NCBI GenBank assembly: GCA_902774115.1
Contig: CACYHH010000003.1
Span: forward strand, 63,580 to 127,579
Direction of reading: 5' to 3'
Length of the DNA stretch: 64,000 nt
Source: an uncultured Spirochaetales bacterium
GTDB taxonomy: Bacteria; UBP6; UBA1177
A program made the translations under genes and the position numbers. The number at the start of each line of letters is the position of its first letter. Positions within the stretch are counted from its first letter, which is position 1. The notes below the pieces were generated by a model. The model was given only the letters and a program-made list of their open reading frames with translations. It was not told where the DNA came from and did no database searches. Shown piece by piece: positions 1-9,903 of the stretch.

Positions 1-185
1 GGATCCGTCTCGGAATCGGAAAGCCTGAAGCCGGAATCAACATCGCCGATTATGTCCTCTCGGAATTTTCGGAAGAAGAGCTCGAAATGATCTCCGAAAA
101 CAAAGAAAAATGGGCTGAGATCGTAAAAATGATCGTTTCGGAAAGCGTAGAAACTGCAATGAACGCTTTCAACCGAAAGAACTGA
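1..185 (+). CDS. pth: peptidyl-tRNA hydrolase, 3' fragment (5' end lies outside the window)
   Basis: Frame 3 reads ...IRLGIGKPEAGINIADYVLSEFSEEELEMI...NAFNRKN*, which resembles a Pth C-terminus. The TGA stop overlaps the ATG of the next gene. Confidence 0.5.
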   Translation, partial: IRLGIGKPEAGINIADYVLSEFSEEELEMISENKEKWAEIVKMIVSESVETAMNAFNRKN

Positions 186-1657
186 TGAAAATTCTTCTCA
201 TTGCGCCGCCCGTTTTCGATTTTTACTTTACAACTCACAGAATGGAGCCGCTCGGGCTTGAATACATCCGCGAGGCTCTGGAAAAATCGGGACACGATGT
301 CACTCTTTACGATGCTACTGCTTCCGGCAAAGTAAAGCGCGTTGCCACTCCGGCAGAATTTGCCTATCTGGATAAATTTTATGAAGAAGATGCCTCTCCG
401 TTTTCACTACATAGCGGCTATAAAAGATTAGGCGACAGCTTTTTAAAAATAATTGATTTTATTAAAGAAAATGATTTTGGCTTAATAGCCTTGAGTTCGC
501 TTTTTTCTCCTTATCATCCCGATGTCGAAAATCTTGCCGCCGAAATAAAGAAGGGGACAAAAACACCTGTCGCTATCGGCGGAACGGCGGTTAACGCGCA
601 GAAAAAGAAGATTGCCGAAACCACGAATGCAGACTATCTCAACTGCGGAAACGGAGCCGTAACTCTGCCGCGTCTCGCCGATGCTTTGGCCGGAAAAACA
701 GGATTTGAAGAAGTTCCCGGACTTATCTGGAGAAAGGAGGGGGTTGCCATCTTCAACGAACCCTCGTTTGAACCGGCCTGGTGCGGAGATCTTATTCCGA
801 AACGGGAAAATCTGCGCTATTTCCGTAAGAAAAGAATCGCGAAGATTATCTTTTCAGCCGGATGCCGCAACCGCTGCGCATTCTGCTCGATCCATCGCGA
901 CAACAGGCTCGCTTTCCGTGAAATTCCGCACATACAAAAAGAACTTGAATACCTTCTGAATATCGGCGCAGAAGTAGTTGATATTGAAGACGACGACATT
1001 TTTTCAAACGGCGAATATACTTCACAAATTCTTGATATTCTTGAAGAAATGCACGCCAGAGGCTTGTGCTTCACAGCTATGAACGGGCTCACTGCAAGAA
1101 ATATCCTTCCTTTTGCCGAAAGGCTCGTTCCGGCAGGTTTCATAAAGCTCGACCTTTCGCTTGTTTCGGCTGAAAAAAGTGTGGCGAAAGGGCTTCACAG
1201 GCCGCACGGGATTGCTGAGATCGAAGAAATAATCAGACGCACCGAAGGGAAAACGGAGATCGAAGTTTTTCTTATTCCGGGTCTCCCCGGAACTGAGCTC
1301 GCCGAGACCTGCACTACGCTTCTTCACCTGCATAAACTCGGCGTTAAAGGCGGTTTGAGCCCGCTTTACCTCGTGCCTGGTGTGCCGATGTTCGAAGAAA
1401 TGGGAATTCCCGAAAATGTCCGTCTCTGCCGCGGAAGCGCACTTTATCCGTTTGATGACGAAAAACGGGCAAATGTCGCATCACTGCTCAAGATTTCAAG
1501 GTTCCTCAACTATTCGCTTGATCATAAAAATGATGAAGACTATTCTGAATTTCTGCATTTTTTCAACGAATCACTGAAGCGCAGACGCTGGTTCAAACTG
1601 GGTAAGGACGGAATCTGGCGCGATTCGTTCGAATTTACCGAAAATTTTGAATTGTGA
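185..1657 (+). CDS. B12-binding-domain radical SAM protein
   Basis: CxxxCxxC motif (SAGCRNRCAFCS). The N-terminus is Rossmann/B12-binding-like (MKILLIAPPVFD...). Confidence 0.55.
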   Translation: MKILLIAPPVFDFYFTTHRMEPLGLEYIREALEKSGHDVTLYDATASGKVKRVATPAEFAYLDKFYEEDASPFSLHSGYKRLGDSFLKIIDFIKENDFGLIALSSLFSPYHPDVENLAAEIKKGTKTPVAIGGTAVNAQKKKIAETTNADYLNCGNGAVTLPRLADALAGKTGFEEVPGLIWRKEGVAIFNEPSFEPAWCGDLIPKRENLRYFRKKRIAKIIFSAGCRNRCAFCSIHRDNRLAFREIPHIQKELEYLLNIGAEVVDIEDDDIFSNGEYTSQILDILEEMHARGLCFTAMNGLTARNILPFAERLVPAGFIKLDLSLVSAEKSVAKGLHRPHGIAEIEEIIRRTEGKTEIEVFLIPGLPGTELAETCTTLLHLHKLGVKGGLSPLYLVPGVPMFEEMGIPENVRLCRGSALYPFDDEKRANVASLLKISRFLNYSLDHKNDEDYSEFLHFFNESLKRRRWFKLGKDGIWRDSFEFTENFEL

Positions 1658-1672
1658 GCGGCTTCCAGAGCG

Positions 1673-2251
1673 TCACTTCTGAGATCCTGCGTTTTTTTCC
1701 TTGGTATTTTTTACCGCAAATACAGCCAGCCCGAGCAGAGCCGCGAAAACAATGATCGTGATTGCCGAAAATCCGAGCGAAAAGATGTCTGTCGCAAGCA
1801 TTGCAAGGGTAGATAAAACCAAAACAATGATCGGGAAGGGCTTTTTCTTCATGTTTTTTATCATCGTAACGGCGGCGCTGATGATAAGTATCCCGACGGC
1901 GCATTTGATTCCGCGGAAAGCATTTTTCACGATCTCTATTTCAAGAAAATTGTCGAGGAAGCCTGAAATTATGAGGATCACGGCAAATGAAGGAAATACG
2001 ATGCCGACTGTGGCGGCGATCGAACCGAGGATTCCTGCCTGTCTGTAACCGATGAAAGTTGCGCAGTTTATGGCGATAGGGCCGGGAGTTGATTCTGCAA
2101 TGACGGTGACATTCATCATGTCGTCGTGGGTTATCCACTTTTTCTTTTCGACGCAGTTGTCCTCAATTACGCTCAGCATGGCGTAGCCGCCGCCGAAGGT
2201 GAAAAATCCGATTTTCATGAATGTGAGAAAGAGATCAATCAGAATCCGCAT
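1673..2251 (-). CDS. chrA: chromate transporter, short-chain ChrA-family half protein
   Basis: FTFGGGYAMLSVIED...TPGPIAIN motif typical of CHR family; 192 aa; multiple TM segments. Confidence 0.6.
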   Translation of the reverse strand: MRILIDLFLTFMKIGFFTFGGGYAMLSVIEDNCVEKKKWITHDDMMNVTVIAESTPGPIAINCATFIGYRQAGILGSIAATVGIVFPSFAVILIISGFLDNFLEIEIVKNAFRGIKCAVGILIISAAVTMIKNMKKKPFPIIVLVLSTLAMLATDIFSLGFSAITIIVFAALLGLAVFAVKNTKEKNAGSQK

Positions 2252-2336
2252 AAAAAAACCTGCACAAAAAACATCGCGTGGAATTGATACTGAAAAAAAT
2301 GGAAAAAGCTATTTTAAGGGATTGGGTTAAAAGAAA

Positions 2337-4958
2337 TTATTCAGCGTCTTCATAGACAACTGTGAAGTTGTCGAAAGCAGCCCATGCGTTGGCATCAGCT
2401 GTATATCTGACTATCAATTTGCATGTGCCTGTCGTAGTTGTGCTGTCAAGTTGGACTGATGTCTGATGCAATTGATTGTTGTCGCCGAAATCTATTGACA
2501 CAAACTGAGATTTTGATGCCGAAAAATAGTTGTGTCCTTCAGTCGAATCCCAGCCATACCATTTTGTAGAGCCGCAATTAATTCCGATTTTTGGCTTTAT
2601 AGCCTGATCTGTTGCCATATCAAATGTGATTTCTGTGGCTTTTTTGCCGTCAGGAACTACAAATTCACCTGAAGTAAAAATATCCTTTGCGCTGAGACTG
2701 CTTACAGCTGTTACTTTGGCAGCGAATCCATTCGCGTCGCCGCGATCCCATTTCGAAAGTCCCACATTGTTTCCTATGGTCCAGTTAGTAGGATTGTTGT
2801 CGGACCAGTATTTGAAGTCACCGTTCGGAATCTGACTTGCTTCCGGAAGAAGAATTTTTGCAATCCCGTAATTTTCCGCAATCGTCCATGTATGACCGTT
2901 GTCGGCACTGAATCTGAACATATATTCAAATTCTCCTTCAAACGGGAATGAGAAATTCTTTATTACATACTCGTCGTTGTTACCGAAATCGTTGTTTTCC
3001 GCGATATTGATTTCAGCATCACTCCAGAATTCATCAGTGATCTCGCTATCTGAACCTTTAGCTCTGTAGCTGAACTGAGCTTTTACACCCATCAAAGGAA
3101 CAGACTTGTTGACAGTCTGGTCGGTAAGCCCTTCAATATAAACTCTGCCGTAGAATGTATCGGACAGTCCTTCATATCCTTCAACAGATGCCGGCCACTG
3201 GGTATGAGCCCAGCCGACAGTGTAGGAAGGAGCATTGTTGCATTCTCCGCCTATATAGACGAACTCGAAATCGTCAACTGTTATATCTGTTTCACCGTAA
3301 GTAGAAGATTTGCCCAATCTGAAAGCAAGCTGCAGGTTGGCATTATCCTGCCACTTTTCGGTAATTTCTGAACCGAAAATAAGAACTACGTCGTGCATCT
3401 GAGGATCTGAGGTGTCACCGAAGTCGACAGGAACACTAAATTCGTTGGTGCGGTGATTTTCTTTGGGATCAACAATGAAAGCTTTGCTCAAAGCATTCCA
3501 GTTGTAAGAGTAATAATCGTTGCCGCCTGTTCCCCAAAATAAATTTATTACAACAGGAGATGCTTTAGCAGCGGCCATTTTGAATCTGATCCCGGCCGGA
3601 ATTTCTGCATCAGCTGCGGATGTGAATTTGATGGTCTGCGCAACTTTCTGATTTCCGTCGTATGTTGAGCTGATTTTAAGAGCTCCGCTTACATTTGAGA
3701 ATGTTACTACGGGATTTCCTGCTTGAATTGTTGTTCCCTGTTTTTCCCAATTATCAGGCATTTCACCTGTCCACTCATTGAAGTCACCGTTCGGGATCTG
3801 AACACAAGCCGGATCGGTCGGTTCAACATCTTCATCAGTAAAAACATCCTCGTCAGTTTCGATGTCTTCGTCTGTTTCGATATCCTCGTCTGTTTCGATA
3901 TCTTCATCGGTTTCAATGTCTTCGTCGGTAAAGACATCTTCATCTGTAAGAACATCGTCGTCGTCATCTTCTTCGTCAGGAATATCTGTGCCGATGCAGT
4001 CTTCTGTTGCGGTATGGATTACAAAATTGTCAACAGTTATATCGAAATCGGCATTTTTGCCGTATTTGAACTCGATACGGCAGTTCTGACCGCGCCAGAA
4101 ACCTTCTGCCTTGATTTCTTCACCGAAAACAAGCTCGACATTGTGGAAATCGCTGTCGCCCAGATCTACTGCATTGTAAGCGTTGTTTCCTGCATTAACA
4201 AACGATTTGGTCTCCTGATCCCAGTTGTAGGGCTCATAGTCATCCTGAACTGTTCCGAGATCTCCGCATCTCAAGTTTATCGAGATCTTGGATGTGCTGC
4301 TTGCTTTGAGATCGAATGTGAGCTTCGTCGGGAAAGCGGCATCGTCTGCCGGAACGAACGGCGGAAGTTCGAATGCGTAAAGGTTACCCTCAGGAGCGTT
4401 GATATAAGCTCTGAGAGCGTAATCGCCTTCGCCGCGGTCGATTTTTTCATAAGCAATGAAATTCTTCTTGCCGCCGGGGGTATTCGCACCTGTAGGATCG
4501 TACTTGTTTAACCAGCCGGTCGGGAAGTTGTCCGTCCAGTTCGAAACGAAAGCGTTCGTAATGTAAGTGCAGGAACCGGTTTCCTCAGGTCCGGTCGGAT
4601 CGGTCGGATTTGTCGGATCGGTCGGGTTCGTCGGCTCAGTCGTCGGTTCCGTAGTAGGCTCAGTCGTCGGTTCCGTAGTAGGCTCAGTCGTCGGTTCCGT
4701 GGTTGGCTCAGTCGTCGGTTCCGTGGTCGGCTCAGTCGTCGGTTCCGTGGTCGGCTCAGTCGGTTCAGTCGGCTCGGTCGGTTCGGTCGGCTCAGTCGGC
4801 TCGTCCGTCGGATTAGTGGGTTCATCAGTCGGTTCAACGACATCCTCGTCCGTTACTTCCTCATCGGGGAGTTTGTCTTCTGTTGTTTTGTCGTCTCCGC
4901 AGGATGTTACAAACATCATGAACAGCACTGCGAAAGCTAACGCCGTAAATTTCTTCAT
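2337..4958 (-). CDS. large surface lipoprotein with three CBM4/9-like jelly-roll repeats, a (TEPT)n linker and a (DEDIET)n acidic linker
   Basis: Lipobox MKKFTALAFAVLFMMFVTSCGDD. Three paralogous ~190 aa modules, each opening with IPNGDF(N/K)xW...P(D/T)NW and closing with DITVD(N/D)F. The CBM4_9 assignment is by eye. Confidence 0.45.
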   Translation of the reverse strand: MKKFTALAFAVLFMMFVTSCGDDKTTEDKLPDEEVTDEDVVEPTDEPTNPTDEPTEPTEPTEPTEPTEPTTEPTTEPTTEPTTEPTTEPTTEPTTEPTTEPTTEPTTEPTNPTDPTNPTDPTGPEETGSCTYITNAFVSNWTDNFPTGWLNKYDPTGANTPGGKKNFIAYEKIDRGEGDYALRAYINAPEGNLYAFELPPFVPADDAAFPTKLTFDLKASSTSKISINLRCGDLGTVQDDYEPYNWDQETKSFVNAGNNAYNAVDLGDSDFHNVELVFGEEIKAEGFWRGQNCRIEFKYGKNADFDITVDNFVIHTATEDCIGTDIPDEEDDDDDVLTDEDVFTDEDIETDEDIETDEDIETDEDIETDEDVFTDEDVEPTDPACVQIPNGDFNEWTGEMPDNWEKQGTTIQAGNPVVTFSNVSGALKISSTYDGNQKVAQTIKFTSAADAEIPAGIRFKMAAAKASPVVINLFWGTGGNDYYSYNWNALSKAFIVDPKENHRTNEFSVPVDFGDTSDPQMHDVVLIFGSEITEKWQDNANLQLAFRLGKSSTYGETDITVDDFEFVYIGGECNNAPSYTVGWAHTQWPASVEGYEGLSDTFYGRVYIEGLTDQTVNKSVPLMGVKAQFSYRAKGSDSEITDEFWSDAEINIAENNDFGNNDEYVIKNFSFPFEGEFEYMFRFSADNGHTWTIAENYGIAKILLPEASQIPNGDFKYWSDNNPTNWTIGNNVGLSKWDRGDANGFAAKVTAVSSLSAKDIFTSGEFVVPDGKKATEITFDMATDQAIKPKIGINCGSTKWYGWDSTEGHNYFSASKSQFVSIDFGDNNQLHQTSVQLDSTTTTGTCKLIVRYTADANAWAAFDNFTVVYEDAE
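3838..3945. repeat. 18 bp in-frame tandem repeat x4-5 encoding (TDEDIE)n
   Basis: The unit gtttcgat(a/g)tc(c/t)tc(g/a)tc(t/g) repeats with an 18 nt period. Confidence 0.7.
4590..4815. repeat. 24 bp near-perfect in-frame tandem repeat (5 full units at 4633-4752, degenerate 12 bp units on both sides) encoding (TEPTTEPT)n
   Basis: ggctcagtcgtcggttccgt(a/g)gt(a/c) repeated head-to-tail. Confidence 0.8.
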
Positions 4959-5049
4959 TTTTTTGCCTCCAAAACTAAAAAGTGCCAAAATAAACGACGA
5001 ATAATAGTCTGATTTCTCATGAAAGCAATGAAAAAGTTTCTTCTTAGGG

Positions 5050-5077
5050 TTGCAAAAAAAATAAAAAATGATAAATA
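5050..5077 (+). promoter_or_regulatory. candidate sigma70-like promoter for clpP (TTGCAA-N16-TGaTAAATA)
   Basis: TTGCAA at 5050-5055, TG at 5069-5070, TAAATA at 5072-5077. The same TTGCAA -35 hexamer recurs upstream of the LamG gene. Confidence 0.3.
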
Positions 5078-5108
5078 GGGCGGTTTTTATTGTTTCATGG
5101 AGAACACA

Positions 5109-5714
5109 ATGCAGAAAAACATCAAACCTTATTCAGGGCTTGTTCCGATAGTCGTTGAAAAGGAAGGCGGCGGCGAAAGAGCTTACGACATTTATTCGCG
5201 GCTTCTCAAAGACCGCATCATTTTCATCGGCGAAGAAATCACCGACGATCTTGCAAATGCGGTGGTCGCAGAACTTCTTCTTCTCGAAGGACAGGACAGC
5301 GAACAGGATATCTCGATTTATGTCAACAGCCCGGGCGGATCGGTAACGGCAGGACTCGCTATCTACGATACGATCCAGTACATCAAGCCGGATGTTTCAA
5401 TGATATGCGTTGGTCAGGCTGCAAGTATGGCTGCTGTTCTTTTGTCCTGCGGCGCGAAAGGAAAAAGATTCGCTCTTCCCAATTCACGCATAATGATACA
5501 CCAGCCGATGGGCGGTTTCCGCGGTCAGGCGACCGATATCGAGATTCAGGCGAAAGAGATACTGTTCATCAAAGACCGTCTGCTTCAGATCATGCATGAA
5601 CACACCGGCAAAGACATTGAGACGCTGCGTGCCGATATGGAACGCGATTTCTTCATGTCAGGCGAAGAAGCAGTAAAATACGGTCTGATCGACAAGGTTG
5701 TTGCAAAAAGATAG
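5109..5714 (+). CDS. clpP: ATP-dependent Clp protease proteolytic subunit
   Basis: [11 protein letters not shown]..., [19 protein letters not shown] with the Ser/His catalytic context. GGAG RBS sits before the ATG at 5109; an alternative upstream ATG is at 5097. Confidence 0.9.
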   Translation: MQKNIKPYSGLVPIVVEKEGGGERAYDIYSRLLKDRIIFIGEEITDDLANAVVAELLLLEGQDSEQDISIYVNSPGGSVTAGLAIYDTIQYIKPDVSMICVGQAASMAAVLLSCGAKGKRFALPNSRIMIHQPMGGFRGQATDIEIQAKEILFIKDRLLQIMHEHTGKDIETLRADMERDFFMSGEEAVKYGLIDKVVAKR

Positions 5715-5720
5715 GTCAAA

Positions 5721-6995
5721 ATGGTACAGCGAAACAAACAGGATATCCGCTGCTCTTTCTGCGGAAGGTCACAGACGGAAGTCGAAAGAATAATTTACGG
5801 CAGAAACGCATATATCTGCAACGAATGCGTTGAAATGTGTTCTGAACTTCTGACTGAGAATGCCAATGCAGCCGGAAGAAGCGTAGAGCCGAAAAGCAGT
5901 AGCAGAAAAGAGGAACTCCGGACTACTCCGATGGAGATAAAATCCTACCTCGACAAATTCGTGATAGGGCAGGATTACGCGAAAAAAGTTCTCTCCGTCG
6001 CGGTTTACAACCACTACAAAAGGGTAGGTTCATCGAAAAAAACGAGCATCCAGAAAAGCAATATTCTTCTTTTGGGACCTACAGGTTCGGGAAAAACCCT
6101 TCTGGCGCGTACTCTGGCAACATTTCTCGATGTTCCGTTCAGTATTGCCGATGCAACGACTCTCACCGAAGCGGGATATGTCGGTGAAGATGTCGAAAAT
6201 GTCCTTCTTTCGCTGATTCAGGCGGCGAATTACGACATTGAAAAGGCGGAACGCGGCATAATCTACATCGACGAGATCGACAAGATCGCGCGTAAATCGG
6301 AAAACACTTCGATCACCCGCGATGTCAGCGGCGAAGGCGTGCAGCAGGCGCTTCTCAAAATCATAGAAGGAACTGTCGCAAATGTTCCGCCGACGGGCGG
6401 CAGAAAGCATCCGCAGCAGGAATACATAAAAATCAACACTTCCAACATCCTGTTTATTGTCGGCGGCGCATTTGAAGGGATCGACAAAATCATCGCCCGC
6501 AGGATCGGCAGAAAGAAAGTCGGTTTCGGTTCCGAACTTGGCAGGAAAACAGAAGAAAAACATATTCTTTCGGAAATTCAGCCGGAAGACCTTCTCCGTT
6601 TCGGTCTCATTCCGGAGCTTATCGGCAGACTTCCGATGACGGCTTACCTTGAAGAACTCACGTCCGAAGATCTTCGCAGAGTCCTTACCGAGCCGAAAGA
6701 TGCACTCGTATCGCAGTATAAGGAGCTTTTCGCACTTGACGGAATCGAACTGACCTTTACCGACGGAGCTCTGGACGAAATCGTGAAGAAAACTGAAAAG
6801 CTCAAAACGGGTGCCAGAGGTTTGAGGAGAATCCTTGAGACGGCAATGCTTGACATAATGTATGCCGCACCGGGAGAGAAGGAAAAACTTAAAGAAATAG
6901 TCATTACGCCAGAAGTCATCTCATCAGGCGCAGAACCTCAGAAAATATATAAAATCGAACAATCCAAAAACAGAAATTCCGCAAAAGGAGCTTAG
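5721..6995 (+). CDS. clpX: ATP-dependent Clp protease ATP-binding subunit ClpX
   Basis: N-terminal C4 zinc finger (CSFCGR...CNEC). Walker [12 protein letters not shown]. Sits directly downstream of clpP. Confidence 0.9.
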   Translation: MVQRNKQDIRCSFCGRSQTEVERIIYGRNAYICNECVEMCSELLTENANAAGRSVEPKSSSRKEELRTTPMEIKSYLDKFVIGQDYAKKVLSVAVYNHYKRVGSSKKTSIQKSNILLLGPTGSGKTLLARTLATFLDVPFSIADATTLTEAGYVGEDVENVLLSLIQAANYDIEKAERGIIYIDEIDKIARKSENTSITRDVSGEGVQQALLKIIEGTVANVPPTGGRKHPQQEYIKINTSNILFIVGGAFEGIDKIIARRIGRKKVGFGSELGRKTEEKHILSEIQPEDLLRFGLIPELIGRLPMTAYLEELTSEDLRRVLTEPKDALVSQYKELFALDGIELTFTDGALDEIVKKTEKLKTGARGLRRILETAMLDIMYAAPGEKEKLKEIVITPEVISSGAEPQKIYKIEQSKNRNSAKGA

Positions 6996-7000
6996 TTTAA

Positions 7001-9358
7001 ATGACTTCCACAAATACTTTTCCCCTTTTTCTGTACAACGATATTGTTGTGTTTCCGTTTTATTCGTTCACGATCTCCGTTGAAGATTTAAATGAATACG
7101 AAGTTTTCAACAAAGCCTTCAATAAAGACGAACCTGTAGTCGTGGCTGCGTTTAAGAAACTCCCCGACGATCCTGAAAAAAGCATTTTTCTGCCGGTTGC
7201 GACATTGTGCGACGTACTTCATATCGAAGAGGCTGAAAAGAACAGATTCAAAGTCGTCCTTGCCGGAGCGCGCCGCGTTATCTTCCATTCATACGAGAGG
7301 AACCCGAAGACCTCTCTTTTTACGGTAAAAGTCAAAGATTTCAAAACGGTATACCCGAAAGAAAAAGAGCGTACAGTAATTATAAGAAGAGTTCTCGAAG
7401 ACTCGATCCAGAGATACTTCGACTTGGCAGGATTCCCGCCGGAAAAGGCGAAACAGATGATTGAGGAAGAGAATCTCGAGGATTTTGCGGACTGCTGCGC
7501 CGCTTCTCTTGACCAGTCGGTGGATCGTGAAGGTTTCCGCGAAGTGCTGGAAGAAGCGAATATTGAAAAAAGGATTCTCCGTCTGGTGAACATCATTTCG
7601 ACAGAGACGAATGTCGTAACGATCGAAAACGAAATCGATGACGAAGTTCAGGAACGCTTTGAAAGAAGCCAGAAAGAGCAGTTTCTGAGGGAAAAGATCC
7701 GTCTTCTCAACGAAGAACTCAACGGTGAAAACTATCAGGGCGAACCCGAAACCGATCCGAACAAAAGCATAAATTTTGATGTCAACTCGTTCAAAGCTCC
7801 GGCATACGTGAAAGAGCGTCTGAAAACAGAAATGACGAAAGCTGCGCGCATCCCGCCGTTCACGCCCGAGCAGGAAGTTATCAGGAATTACATCGAAACG
7901 ATCCAGTCGCTTCCGTGGGATGAATCGACGAAAAGCGAAATCGAAATCGACCGTGCAAGAACGCAGCTCGAAGAAGACCACTACGGTCTTTCCGAAGTTA
8001 AGGAAAGGATTCTGGAATACCTCGCAGTCCTCAAACTTTCAGGTTCTCTCAAAGCTCCGATAATTTGTCTCGCAGGCCCTCCCGGAGTAGGCAAAACGAG
8101 TATTGCATCGTCGCTGGCGGCTGCAACGGGCAGAAAATTCGTCCGTCAGTCTTTGGGCGGTCTTCGCGATGAAGCCGAAATCCGCGGTCACAGACGTACA
8201 TATTTAGCTGCAATGCCAGGCAAAATCATCCTTTCACTTCAAAAGGTCAAAGTTAATAACCCGCTGTTTTTATTGGATGAAATTGACAAACTGGCGAGCG
8301 ATTACAAAGGCGATCCCTCTTCGGCGCTTCTTGAGGTTCTTGATCCCGAGCAGAACAAAACCTTTACAGATCACTTTCTCGATCTTGAATTTGACCTCAG
8401 CAACGTCCTGTTTGTCGCGACGGCAAACGACAAGAACAAAATCCCGGTCGCTCTCAAAGACAGAATGGAAGTCATCGACATTGACGGTTACACCGCTTTC
8501 GAAAAGAAAAATATCGCGAAAAAGCACCTGATTCCGAAAGAAAAAAGACTCAACGGAATTGAAGACGTTAATCTTGAATTTACAGAGTCTGCTCTTGATT
8601 TAATAATAAAATCATACACTTGTGAATCTGGTGTCAGAGAACTTCAAAGAAAGATAGCTTCTGTTTGCAGGAAAATCGCCCTTGCAAAAGCAGAAGGAAA
8701 ACCTGTCGATGAAACAATAACGGAAGAAAACATTAAAAACTATCTCGGAGTAGAAAAATATTCCGAAGATGCAATCGGCAAAGAGCCTGAAATCGGTGTC
8801 GTAAACGGTCTTGCCTGGACTCCTTACGGCGGAACGGTACTTAAAATCGAAGCGATAAAGTATGCCGGAAAAGGCGGCATCGAAGTTACGGGAAGTCTTG
8901 GCGATGTGATGAAAGAATCTGTAAAGATTGCGGCAAGTTACATTCGTGCACTCTTCTCGAAAAATAAAATTGTCGATGATGAAGTCTGGGATAAATCGAT
9001 CCTTCACATCCATTTCCCCGACGGCGCGACTCCGAAAGACGGTCCTTCGGCAGGCGGCGCGATTTCGCTGGCGATAGCGTCACTTATGTCGGGAATAGCG
9101 GTAAATCCCAAAGTCGCAATGACAGGCGAAGTTTCGCTCAAGGGAAAAATCCTTAAGATCGGCGGTCTAAAGGCAAAAGTTCTGGCTGCAAAACAGTCGG
9201 GAATCACCAGACTTTTCATTCCTGAAGAAAACCGCGGCGACTTCAGTGAGATCCCTGACGAAATCAAGGACGGGCTTGATGTTCAGTTCGTCACCGACTG
9301 CGCCGAAATCCTTAAAAACTGCCTTCCCGGAATAAAACTGGATCAGATTTCTTTGTAA
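7001..9358 (+). CDS. lon: ATP-dependent Lon protease
   Basis: GPPGVGKTS Walker A. Lon protease Ser motif PKDGPSAGG; Lys dyad context KAKVLAAKQSG. 785 aa. Confidence 0.9.
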   Translation: MTSTNTFPLFLYNDIVVFPFYSFTISVEDLNEYEVFNKAFNKDEPVVVAAFKKLPDDPEKSIFLPVATLCDVLHIEEAEKNRFKVVLAGARRVIFHSYERNPKTSLFTVKVKDFKTVYPKEKERTVIIRRVLEDSIQRYFDLAGFPPEKAKQMIEEENLEDFADCCAASLDQSVDREGFREVLEEANIEKRILRLVNIISTETNVVTIENEIDDEVQERFERSQKEQFLREKIRLLNEELNGENYQGEPETDPNKSINFDVNSFKAPAYVKERLKTEMTKAARIPPFTPEQEVIRNYIETIQSLPWDESTKSEIEIDRARTQLEEDHYGLSEVKERILEYLAVLKLSGSLKAPIICLAGPPGVGKTSIASSLAAATGRKFVRQSLGGLRDEAEIRGHRRTYLAAMPGKIILSLQKVKVNNPLFLLDEIDKLASDYKGDPSSALLEVLDPEQNKTFTDHFLDLEFDLSNVLFVATANDKNKIPVALKDRMEVIDIDGYTAFEKKNIAKKHLIPKEKRLNGIEDVNLEFTESALDLIIKSYTCESGVRELQRKIASVCRKIALAKAEGKPVDETITEENIKNYLGVEKYSEDAIGKEPEIGVVNGLAWTPYGGTVLKIEAIKYAGKGGIEVTGSLGDVMKESVKIAASYIRALFSKNKIVDDEVWDKSILHIHFPDGATPKDGPSAGGAISLAIASLMSGIAVNPKVAMTGEVSLKGKILKIGGLKAKVLAAKQSGITRLFIPEENRGDFSEIPDEIKDGLDVQFVTDCAEILKNCLPGIKLDQISL

Positions 9359-9903
9359 GAAAGAAGTTCTTCTGGAATTTTTCCGGTTTTCGCAAAAACT
9401 TTTTCAAGAAAATCATTTGTTTTTATCGGATCTTTCAGATTTTCTTCAGTCAAAACCGGAATATTCGGAAAAAGTTTCATGACTTGAACTGCAAAAAAGC
9501 CGCTTGCATCGGCAGAAATGAGTTCGTTGCTTTTTCCCCGGTAGAGTTTCGTGTTTTTTACTCCGCAGCTCGGGCTTTTTGCCTTTAAAAAGAATCCGTC
9601 AATATCTTTTAATGTTTTCAAATAGTTGACGGAAGTTTCAATCATCTTTTCAGAGAAAAACTTTCCTGTTTCGGGCTGAAAAAGGAGGTTTTTTCCGTCA
9701 ATTCTGACGATTCTTATTTTTTCGCGCGGACATCCAAGACCGATCGCTATTTCAGGGCACCAGTGGATGATTTCGGCCTCTTGTTTGAGCTTTTCGGCAA
9801 AATCGCAGAAAAAATCCTTTCCGTCGTATCTGCATTTGTCAAAACCGAAGCAGCGGCTCATGTAAATTTTTGGTTTTTTGCTCATTTTTTCCTGTAATTT
9901 CAA
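9343..9903 (-). CDS. DUF523 (TudS/YbbK-like) family protein
   Basis: N-terminal CFGFDKCRYDG matches the DUF523 C(L)LGxxCRYDG signature. Confidence 0.45.
   Translation of the reverse strand: MKLQEKMSKKPKIYMSRCFGFDKCRYDGKDFFCDFAEKLKQEAEIIHWCPEIAIGLGCPREKIRIVRIDGKNLLFQPETGKFFSEKMIETSVNYLKTLKDIDGFFLKAKSPSCGVKNTKLYRGKSNELISADASGFFAVQVMKLFPNIPVLTEENLKDPIKTNDFLEKVFAKTGKIPEELLSYKEI

Noticed and set aside
4590-4815. Tandem repeats that superficially resemble a CRISPR array
   Set aside because: The units are contiguous, with no spacers, and lie in frame inside a CDS encoding a PT linker. No cas genes are present.
3723-5004. Long + strand ORFs (3723-4511, 3862-4089, 4567-5004) with low-complexity VGSVVGS and SSVSISSS peptides
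   Set aside because: They lie antisense to the large lipoprotein gene and are the reverse-complement reading of its TEPT and DEDIET repeats. They have no RBS and no domain.
6030-7981. Minus-strand ORFs of 177, 125 and 230 aa inside clpX and lon
   Set aside because: They are antisense shadow ORFs within strongly supported protease genes.
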